In this document: piece after piece, positions 26,655-34,683 of the stretch
Layout: the number at the start of each line of letters is the position of its first letter
Position numbering within the stretch: position 1 is the first letter of the stretch
DNA from: Clostridiaceae bacterium
GTDB lineage: Bacteria; Bacillota; Clostridia; Saccharofermentanales; DTU023
DNA: 64,000 nucleotides
Direction: 5' to 3'
NCBI GenBank assembly: GCA_012800435.1
Contig: JAAZJH010000072.1
Location: 76,943 to 140,942, forward strand
Translations under genes and position numbers: made by a program
The notes under the pieces: model-generated
Seen by the model: the letters and a program-made list of their open reading frames with translations, nothing else
Told to the model about the DNA's origin: nothing
Database searches by the model: none

Positions 26655-28982
26655 TTATTTCTTGGCAGGCGGAACCTCTTCGGTCATGATTACGAATTGG
26701 ACGCTTGCTACATCTTTGTTTTTGTCCGAGGCGTAGGATCGGATTTCATACTCCTCACCTGACAATTCGTCCAGTTTTTCCTGCATTGCGGTCATGAATT
26801 TCTCACGAAGATCCTTCGTTTCTTCCATCATTTTCTGCGCGCCTTCATCAAACTCAATAATGCCTTCCTCAAAGGGGTTCATACCCTGATCCTGATATTC
26901 GCCTAGACCGCTTTGGAAACGATTGACGCCGTCTACATAAGTATTTATGCCGCTGCTTGTACGAGAAATGCCTTGTGAGATTGTACTCCCCGCGTTTTGA
27001 AGTGTGCTTCCCTGACTGGCAAGCGTGCTTAAGCCCTGTTTAATGCTGGCTGATCCCTCGATCAGTCCGGGTTTGCCCGCGCTACCTTCAAAACCGCTGA
27101 GCAAACCGCCTACGCCATCCGTCATGTAAAGAGTGAGACCTTGATGGAATCCGACTTGCCGGTTGCCGGACGCATCCGGTACCGGATTGCCTTGAGCGTC
27201 ATATACGCCTGCGTACCCATTTCTTAATGCTTGAATTCCATAATAGAGTTGCGAATATTGTTCCATAACATCGCCCAAGGATGTCCCCGCCGAGTCAGCC
27301 ATATCGCGTATGCGATCGCGGATCATAACGATCGCGTCATGAATCCCGGGGCTATGCGAACCATCGCTGTTTGTCGCGCCGTAATAGGCGCTGTCAAGCT
27401 GACGAAGACCGTCGTACAACTGATGTGCACCGGAAACGAGCGCGGGAACACCCATCTCCTGATCCGTTAATCCGGTCAGCGTCGCTTGGAGCAAACCATA
27501 GGATGCCGCGTATCCGGCGACAATCCGCGTCATCATCGTATAATATGCTGTGACTTTCTCGGGGTCACCGGTGATCGTTATGCCTTCGTACAGAGCCAAC
27601 AATTCTTCGAACGATGATACCTGAGGCACAGGAATCTGATCGGCAGCTTGTTTAGCCGTTGCAAGCGAACCATTGAGCGTAACTAAACCTTGCCAGAGCT
27701 GATACATACCGCCATCTGATTTGCCGATGGCATGAAGACCGTCTCGAAATTGTTCGGAGCCATCAACCAGCTGATCCAACTGTGCAAGATCAGCTTCGCT
27801 AAAGGAAGGTATCTGAGCTGCAATTTGATCGGGCGGAGGCAGTTTAGATGCCAACTCGATTAAGGCGTCGCGGATCGAAGACGATGCCGACAGTAATGTT
27901 TTGCCTTCATTGTTTAATGTCTTAACGCCAGCGTGCATTTCCGACAGACCCTTGTCGAACTGGCTGTACCCTGACGACGCCTTTCTGGCACCGTCCACAT
28001 ATTGTGAAACACCGGAAGTATATTGGTTCACTCCGCTTTTAAGCTGGTTGACACCTGCAGCAAGCTGTTGACCGCCATGAACGAGCTCATAGCTCCCCCC
28101 TCGAAGCTCGTCAAAAGCGCCCATCAACTCGCCATAACCGGTGCGAAGTCGATCACTGCCTTCAGCAAAAGCGGCAATACCTTCAGACAAATCATCAAGC
28201 GGAGCGAACTCATCTTCGTACATCGAGAGATCAATCGTCAAAGACAGCGGAATACCGGCAAAGGTCATCTGTCCCATGTGAAAGTCTTCTACATCGAGTT
28301 CGACTCTCATGGTCGTTTCCTGTCCCGGCAACACAATCGAAGAGAATTGTTGAGTTGAACCTGCGTACGCCAACATGAGATTGTCGGATGCGGATACGAC
28401 ACGAGCACAGCCGGGATCGACCGGTATAGTAACCTGCAAAGCGTAGTGGTCAAAGAAGCCGCCGTCGACGTCTTTATTTTCGCGTACTGCTAATTCAATA
28501 ACAAGACGACCGTTTGCACCGGAAAGATCTTTTGGAAGTTGCATAAGGTCGTCGAGACGATAGCTGATGATGATCGACCACGGAAGCTCTCGCGTTCTCA
28601 AGTTACCTTGGTAGTAATAATGACCTTTGGCGCACTCCGTAGACACTTTACCGTTTTCATATATCAGTGGCTGATCACCTGTAAGCTGAACAACTTTGTC
28701 GTAATCACCGTAGTCGACAATTGTCTTCGGTTCAGCCGGCTGGAAATGATTGATTACGTACAATTGCTCGACTTGCCCTACGGCGTCCAGTTTTCCGTAA
28801 ATAACTTCGCGCTTAGCGGTACCGTCCGTCGGAATCATGATCGGCTTGTTGCCGCGTTCTGCTTGGACGAGAGGCGGTACATACGTAATCATGAAAGTGA
28901 CGGCGAGTAACACGACAGTGACGCGCTTCAAAATTTGCAGCACGGATCGGCATCGCCGTGATAAACGATCGGGTGATTTCAT
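26655..28982 (-). CDS. secreted/anchored protein with N-terminal beta-rich domain and long Leu/Gly heptad-repeat region (YhgE/Pip N-terminal-like), partner of the MMPL transporter
   Basis: N-terminal TM/signal helix VTVVLLAVTFMITYV. The central region has repeated xxxLxxG units (QLAAGVNQLKSGVNQYTSGVSQYVDG and others). There is no C-terminal multi-TM block. Its ATG overlaps the MMPL stop in an ATGA at 28979-28982. Confidence 0.7.
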   Translation of the reverse strand: MKSPDRLSRRCRSVLQILKRVTVVLLAVTFMITYVPPLVQAERGNKPIMIPTDGTAKREVIYGKLDAVGQVEQLYVINHFQPAEPKTIVDYGDYDKVVQLTGDQPLIYENGKVSTECAKGHYYYQGNLRTRELPWSIIISYRLDDLMQLPKDLSGANGRLVIELAVRENKDVDGGFFDHYALQVTIPVDPGCARVVSASDNLMLAYAGSTQQFSSIVLPGQETTMRVELDVEDFHMGQMTFAGIPLSLTIDLSMYEDEFAPLDDLSEGIAAFAEGSDRLRTGYGELMGAFDELRGGSYELVHGGQQLAAGVNQLKSGVNQYTSGVSQYVDGARKASSGYSQFDKGLSEMHAGVKTLNNEGKTLLSASSSIRDALIELASKLPPPDQIAAQIPSFSEADLAQLDQLVDGSEQFRDGLHAIGKSDGGMYQLWQGLVTLNGSLATAKQAADQIPVPQVSSFEELLALYEGITITGDPEKVTAYYTMMTRIVAGYAASYGLLQATLTGLTDQEMGVPALVSGAHQLYDGLRQLDSAYYGATNSDGSHSPGIHDAIVMIRDRIRDMADSAGTSLGDVMEQYSQLYYGIQALRNGYAGVYDAQGNPVPDASGNRQVGFHQGLTLYMTDGVGGLLSGFEGSAGKPGLIEGSASIKQGLSTLASQGSTLQNAGSTISQGISRTSSGINTYVDGVNRFQSGLGEYQDQGMNPFEEGIIEFDEGAQKMMEETKDLREKFMTAMQEKLDELSGEEYEIRSYASDKNKDVASVQFVIMTEEVPPAKK

Positions 28983-31141
28983 GAAAAGTCCTCCTGTGGA
29001 TCTTTCTTCAGAGAAAAATGTTCTTTATGCCGGCGTGCTGAGGCGTCGCGTGATTTTCGGCGATAGGTATGCTTATCGGGAAGAAACTTCAGCTTCCACG
29101 TCGTCTTTTCAATTAGAGGGTCAAAAAAGCGTAGCAAATTAGGAAGCAGGAATAACACCATAAACAGCGATGTCAGCGCACCACGTCCGAGTACGCGTCC
29201 AAGCTCGCTCACGACGGAAAGACTCGATGAAAAATAGAGCACATAGCACACACTAGCCAGAATGAGCGCGGGCGGAATAATGGAACCGGCAACCGTCGCA
29301 AAAGTATGAGTGGCCGCGTCCTTTCGATTGAGCTCTACGCGATGATCAAGATAATGCTGCGTCATTAAGATGGCATAGTCAACCGTCGCACCCAACTGAA
29401 CCGTACTGATAACTAAGAACCCGATAAAGTTCAGCGGAATGCCGGTAAGATACGGGATCGCCAAGTTGATCCAGATAGACAGTTCAATCGTAAGAACTAG
29501 AATCAGCGGAATCATAAGCGATCGGAACGTGAACATGATGACAAGCGCAATCGCCAGGATTGCCAATCCGTCAACAATTAAAATATCTTTATTGATCGTA
29601 GAGCGCATATCAAGCAAAACCATATTAGCGCCGGTAAGATGTGTATTCCCATCAGGATAAGCGGCGTCAACTGTCGCACGGATCTTCTCCGCCGTATCGA
29701 ACGTCTCAGGCGCCTCGTCCGGAGAATCAACGATCAAAATGATCCGACTGTAATGTTCTGAAAGTAAAGACGACATGAGCCGCTCCGGTAATATTTCGTT
29801 TGGAATGCCGCGACCGACGGCTGTCACATAGCCAATCGCCGATTTGACCTCCGGCATGTCAGTAAGCGCATCTACAAGCTGTCCTTCGTGCGCCCAATCC
29901 CCGCGCGGTACAAGAAGCGCCATCGGGACATTGTTGCCAAATCGCTCCTCTAACAACAGGCAGTCGCGTTCCTGACGTGACTTCGCCGGATATGTGCGCG
30001 CTCCGTATAACAGACGATTTGAGCGTTGTGCAAGGAACGACGGCACGACCACGATAGCAGCTACGATCAAGATGGGAATTCCGAACTTGATGATCCAGCG
30101 ACTAGGCTTTTCAAACGAAGGGATGAACGAGCGATGCGTCGTTTTGTCAATCAATTTATACGTCAAAGTTGTAAGCGCAGGAAGTAATAGGAACGAACTC
30201 AACAGACTGAAAAATACGCCTTTTGCAAGCACAATTCCGAGATCGAATCCAATACCGAAACGCATGAACACGAGTGCGAGGAAACCGAATATAGTCGTTA
30301 GCGCCGACGCAAGTACAGGTGCCACGCTCTTGACGATCGCCATTTTCATGGCCTCCTTGATATCGTAACCTTCGCCTCGGTATTCGCTAAAACGGTGGAG
30401 AATGAAAATTCCGTAGTCCATCGACACCGCAAGTTGCAAGATTGCGCCGATCGACTGCGTGATGAAAGAAATATCGTCAAAGATGAGATTGGTGCCCATA
30501 TTGAGCAGTACACCGCTAAAAATGACCACCATAAACAGCACTGGCTCAAACCATGACGTCGTTGTAAAAAGCAGGATAGCAAATGCTATAGGAATAGCAT
30601 ATGTGGCAATGCTTGTCACTTCCGATGTCGTCGCGCTCTGCATGTGCGCGTGCTCAACAAGCTGGCCTCGAACGGCGGCATCTTCACCGACCAAGTCGTA
30701 TAAATTCGTTAGAAACTCAAGCTCCGGCATGTCTTCACTTGTGTCCACTGTCACTTGGAAAAGTGCCATGCCGTCCTTGTAGAAACCATCGACAAACTTC
30801 TGATCCGAAAGGGCAAGGGGTATACCGATATCAACCTGATCATCAAGCCAAAGGACACTATTCACGTGCTCAAGCGCTTGAAGCTCCTTCTTGAACTTCA
30901 GAGCATCCGTTATCGTTTCACACGGAATTCCAATTTCCAGGTTAGGAATGTTATCGGTATACTCAGCCATCACTTCATCGATCGCAATGGTCGAACGCGC
31001 ATCCTTAGGAAGATAAGATGTCAAATCGTAATTGACCTTGACTTTGGTAGCAAGATAGCCGCAAATGATGGAAAGAACGAGAAAAACTATCACAACTATG
31101 ACTCGTCCTTTAACGATGAGGTTCGCTAATTTGTTCATCAT
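28979..31141 (-). CDS. MMPL-family (RND-superfamily) membrane transporter
   Basis: 720 aa with two blocks of about 5-6 TM helices separated by soluble loops. The sequence shows an MMPL-type duplication (GVLLNMGTNLIF..., LAVSMDYGIFILHRF; second half VQLGATVDYAILM). Confidence 0.85.
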   Translation of the reverse strand: MMNKLANLIVKGRVIVVIVFLVLSIICGYLATKVKVNYDLTSYLPKDARSTIAIDEVMAEYTDNIPNLEIGIPCETITDALKFKKELQALEHVNSVLWLDDQVDIGIPLALSDQKFVDGFYKDGMALFQVTVDTSEDMPELEFLTNLYDLVGEDAAVRGQLVEHAHMQSATTSEVTSIATYAIPIAFAILLFTTTSWFEPVLFMVVIFSGVLLNMGTNLIFDDISFITQSIGAILQLAVSMDYGIFILHRFSEYRGEGYDIKEAMKMAIVKSVAPVLASALTTIFGFLALVFMRFGIGFDLGIVLAKGVFFSLLSSFLLLPALTTLTYKLIDKTTHRSFIPSFEKPSRWIIKFGIPILIVAAIVVVPSFLAQRSNRLLYGARTYPAKSRQERDCLLLEERFGNNVPMALLVPRGDWAHEGQLVDALTDMPEVKSAIGYVTAVGRGIPNEILPERLMSSLLSEHYSRIILIVDSPDEAPETFDTAEKIRATVDAAYPDGNTHLTGANMVLLDMRSTINKDILIVDGLAILAIALVIMFTFRSLMIPLILVLTIELSIWINLAIPYLTGIPLNFIGFLVISTVQLGATVDYAILMTQHYLDHRVELNRKDAATHTFATVAGSIIPPALILASVCYVLYFSSSLSVVSELGRVLGRGALTSLFMVLFLLPNLLRFFDPLIEKTTWKLKFLPDKHTYRRKSRDASARRHKEHFSLKKDPQEDFS

Positions 31142-31294
31142 CGCGCCGTTCTCTTTCTAAGGATTATTCATCCCGATTCCTTGGATACGCCTCGACAAAA
31201 CGCATTCGAAAAACACGTTCATATAGTAGTATCAGGCATTCCACGCCATTATAGAGAAGCTTGATTGCGATATGCAAATAACGCAATAACATCA

Positions 31295-31361
31295 TTTGTC
31301 GTTTAATTAACAAAAAGCGACAAACTGTCGTGTTTGTGTTAAGATTGTCACAGAAACACAC
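31295..31361. promoter_or_regulatory. cluster of inverted repeats in the TetR/MMPL divergent intergenic region (candidate TetR operators)
   Basis: TTTGTCG (31295-31301) pairs with CGACAAA (31318-31324). The palindrome CGACAaacTGTCG spans 31318-31330. GTGTTTGTG (31330-31338) pairs with CAgAAACAC (31351-31359). All were read directly from the sequence. Confidence 0.3.
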
Positions 31362-31487
31362 AAAAGTTCAGAATCATTTTCTCAATATAGGATCGATTTT
31401 ATACAGGAAAAGAACACACGTGACACATCAGCACACATGTAGGATTGCTAAAATTAGACTGCTTGAAGGAAAGAAGATAGACCGAAT

Positions 31488-32177
31488 ATGACGTATAAAA
31501 AGAAAGATGATCTCCAACGCTGCATAGGAAACAACAACCGCTATTTGTTAAATGATGAACGATCAACTCAGCGCATCAAAGGCGATCGGCGAAGCAGGCG
31601 AACAGCAATGGCGCTTCAGAGAAGCCTCGTAGATCTTCTTCTTGAAAAATCGTTGGCAGATATTACGATTCAAGAGTTAACAGACCGCGCAAACATCAGC
31701 CGCACGACGTTCTATCTTCACTACCAAAACATCGGTGATCTTTTTCAGTCGATCGAAGATGAGGTGGTCGCACAATATGAAGACATCATCAACCGAATCG
31801 TCTCCGACGAGTTCGATATTTTACACGTCGTCACCGACAAAAAAGGGCAAAAATGGCTGCCGACACTCGTTGAAGCGTTCCAGTTTTTCTACGATAACCC
31901 GACATTTTGCACCGTCCTTTTCCGGAATCCGGAAAGTCGTTTTTTTCAGCGTACGGTCGAACGAGGTCACGACGCTGTGATAGAACGCATGGAGGAGCTT
32001 CGACCGGATCTTTCACGCGTTGAACTCGAGTATTTCTATTATTTTGTCGTTAACGGCATTCGTGGCATTGTACAGGAGTGGTTGCTCCACGGCTACAAGG
32101 AAACACCAAGCGAGATCTCGAGTATAGTATCTCAACTTGTTCTTAATCAATTGGATATACTTTCAGAAGATCATTGA
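31488..32177 (+). CDS. TetR/AcrR-family transcriptional regulator
   Basis: HTH block ITIQELTDRANISRTTFYLHYQNIGDLF. Length 229 aa. Divergent from the MMPL operon. Confidence 0.8.
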   Translation: MTYKKKDDLQRCIGNNNRYLLNDERSTQRIKGDRRSRRTAMALQRSLVDLLLEKSLADITIQELTDRANISRTTFYLHYQNIGDLFQSIEDEVVAQYEDIINRIVSDEFDILHVVTDKKGQKWLPTLVEAFQFFYDNPTFCTVLFRNPESRFFQRTVERGHDAVIERMEELRPDLSRVELEYFYYFVVNGIRGIVQEWLLHGYKETPSEISSIVSQLVLNQLDILSEDH

Positions 32178-32221
32178 ACCTATGCTTTGAAACATACGAG
32201 CATTTCGAAAGAAGGAATGTC

Positions 32222-32806
32222 ATGAACGTTATAGACGACCCGATAGTACAAGATAGCCGATCCGGCGAAACAGCGATTAGAACAGCGTTGCAAAATGCGT
32301 GCAAGGAACTGATCGCTGAAGCCGCTTACTCGTGTGAAGGGGATCTTTTTGTGCTCGGATGCAGCACAAGCGAGATTCTCGGCATCCGAATAGGCCAAGG
32401 TTCCAGCATGGCGACCGGCGAACTTGTTATCGACGCGGTCCTCCCTCTCATAGAGAAACATGGATTTCACCTCGCGGTTCAGTGTTGTGAACACTTAAAC
32501 CGAGCGCTTGTAGTAGAGCGTGACATAATGATTCGCGATCGACTTGAAGAAGTAAATGCCGTACCCGCTCTCCATGCAGGAGGAGCCTGCGCGTTGGCCG
32601 CATACAACCGTTTTCAGAACCCCGTTCTTGTTGAGCATCTCCAAGGCACAATGGGGCTTGACATCGGAGATACGTTTATCGGCATGCATATCCGCTTTGT
32701 GCAACGCCCTTTGCGCCTCAAAGAGAAATCGATCGGTCATGCACATCTCACCGCCCTCATGTACCGTCCGAAACTGATTGGCGGCGATCGCGCAAAACAT
32801 TTTTAA
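32222..32806 (+). CDS. UPF0340/TIGR01440-family protein (YwlG-like)
   Basis: DLFVLGCSTSEILG...AVQCCEHLNRALVVER...HAGGA...GLDIGDT are family-typical blocks as I recall them. ATG 32222 follows GAAGGAA; the track start 32174 is a TTG overlapping the TetR stop. Confidence 0.7.
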   Translation: MNVIDDPIVQDSRSGETAIRTALQNACKELIAEAAYSCEGDLFVLGCSTSEILGIRIGQGSSMATGELVIDAVLPLIEKHGFHLAVQCCEHLNRALVVERDIMIRDRLEEVNAVPALHAGGACALAAYNRFQNPVLVEHLQGTMGLDIGDTFIGMHIRFVQRPLRLKEKSIGHAHLTALMYRPKLIGGDRAKHF

Positions 32807-32879
32807 GCCTTCCATTTACATTTACAGGACTACATACGCGTCTTATGGCGCGATTAAGGATACACATTCAGGAGTATAT

Positions 32880-34676
32880 ATGAACCAATATCGAAAATCA
32901 GACAAAACCCAACGCGACATGAAAGAAGATACCCCGTCTCCGCGTGGTGTTCTGCGACCAAAGCAGGCGCATGACAGTACCCCTAAAAAGAAAAACGGCA
33001 AAAAGAGCCATGCTCCGGCATTACGCATTGTACCGCTTGGCGGCTTGCGCGAAATCGGAAAAAACATGACCGTTTTTGAATACGGCGATGATATCATCAT
33101 TATCGATTGCGGCATCGCTTTTCCCGATGACAATATGCCCGGTGTAGACACGATCATACCGGATTTCACATATCTTCGTGAAAATAAAGAGAAAATCCGA
33201 GGCTTGATTATTACTCACGGCCATGAGGACCACATTGGAGCGATACCTTGGTTCCTTCAAGAATTTGACGTCCCCGTTTACGCGACACCTTTGACGATGA
33301 AATTGATTGAATTGAAGCTCGACGATTTTCGTCCCAAAGTAAAGAGTAACAAATTGCAGGTTGTCCGTGCGGGTGAGTCGCTAACCATCGGCCCTTTTAC
33401 CTTTGATTTCATCCATATCAATCACTCCATCGCGGACGCCGTTTCCATCGCGATCCACACACCGGTCGGCATCATCTTCTATACCGGCGACTTCAAAATC
33501 GATTTTACGCCTACCTCTGACGTACCTCACGCCGATCTTGGGAAAATAGCCGCGCTAGGCAACGAAGGCGTGCTTCTGCTAATCTCGGAAAGCACGAATG
33601 TAGAACTTCCGGGAAGCAGCCTTTCCGAGCGTGAAGTAGGCAAAACGTTTGACAATATCTTTCATCAAGCGACCGGGCGTGTTATTGTAGCCATGTTCTC
33701 ATCCAACGTCTTTCGACTGCAACAGGCCATCTCCACAGCAGAGCGCTTCGGCCGAAAAGTCCTCATACTCGGAAGAAGCATACAGAACGTTTTTGAAGCC
33801 GCGGATAGGCTCGCTTATCTGACATATCGACCCGATACGATCATTCAAATAAACGAGTTGGATCAGTACCCGCCTGAAAAGATCGTGATCATCGCTACCG
33901 GAAGCCAGGGTGAACCGATGTCGGCACTAACGCGGCTTGCCTACTCTGAACATAAGTTGGCCGAAATTATACCGGGCGACACGGTCATTCTTTCCTCAAG
34001 TATGATTCCCGGTAATGAAGCCGCCATTTACAACGTCATTAACGAACTCTTCATGCGGGGGGCAAACGTCATCTATGAATCGCTTTCTGCCGTTCATGCT
34101 TCCGGTCACGCGTGCCAAGATGAGCTGAAGCTGATGCTCGCCTTGACGAGACCGACCTATTTTGTGCCTGCGCACGGAGAATACCGCATGTTATACCAGC
34201 ACGCCGAGCTGGCTAGTCTGATGGGCATACCCAACGATCATATCGCGATATTGCAAAACGGAGACGTGCTTGAGTTTTCAGAGGACGGCATGGAATTTGC
34301 GGGCTATACTGAGGCCGCCGGTGTTCTCATTGACGGATCCGGCATGGGCGATGTCGATGAGCTCGTCCTAAGCGATCGCCTGAGGCTTGCCAATGATGGA
34401 GTGGTCTCAGTAATGCTCGTAATCGACCGCTTGTCCAATCGACTGTACGGCACTCCAATCGTTAAAGCAAGCGGCTTTACCTATCAAAGTGACATGAAAA
34501 AGATGATTACGAGCTGTCAGGATACGGTTGAAGACATGGCAGAACGCCTTTTTAAAAAGAAAAAACCACTTGACAGAGCGATGACACCTGACAGTGTCAG
34601 CAAAGAGGTACAAAAAGTACTGTATGAACACACGCGTCGCCGACCGCTCGTGATGACGTCCGTCACTGTCATTTAA
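32880..34676 (+). CDS. rnj: ribonuclease J, with a basic N-terminal extension of about 45 aa
   Basis: LGGLREIGKNMTVFEY, ITHGHEDHIGAIPW (metallo-beta-lactamase HxHxDH) and HASGHACQDELK. ATG 32880 follows AGGAG. Confidence 0.9.
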   Translation: MNQYRKSDKTQRDMKEDTPSPRGVLRPKQAHDSTPKKKNGKKSHAPALRIVPLGGLREIGKNMTVFEYGDDIIIIDCGIAFPDDNMPGVDTIIPDFTYLRENKEKIRGLIITHGHEDHIGAIPWFLQEFDVPVYATPLTMKLIELKLDDFRPKVKSNKLQVVRAGESLTIGPFTFDFIHINHSIADAVSIAIHTPVGIIFYTGDFKIDFTPTSDVPHADLGKIAALGNEGVLLLISESTNVELPGSSLSEREVGKTFDNIFHQATGRVIVAMFSSNVFRLQQAISTAERFGRKVLILGRSIQNVFEAADRLAYLTYRPDTIIQINELDQYPPEKIVIIATGSQGEPMSALTRLAYSEHKLAEIIPGDTVILSSSMIPGNEAAIYNVINELFMRGANVIYESLSAVHASGHACQDELKLMLALTRPTYFVPAHGEYRMLYQHAELASLMGIPNDHIAILQNGDVLEFSEDGMEFAGYTEAAGVLIDGSGMGDVDELVLSDRLRLANDGVVSVMLVIDRLSNRLYGTPIVKASGFTYQSDMKKMITSCQDTVEDMAERLFKKKKPLDRAMTPDSVSKEVQKVLYEHTRRRPLVMTSVTVI

Positions 34677-34683
34677 AAGTTAT

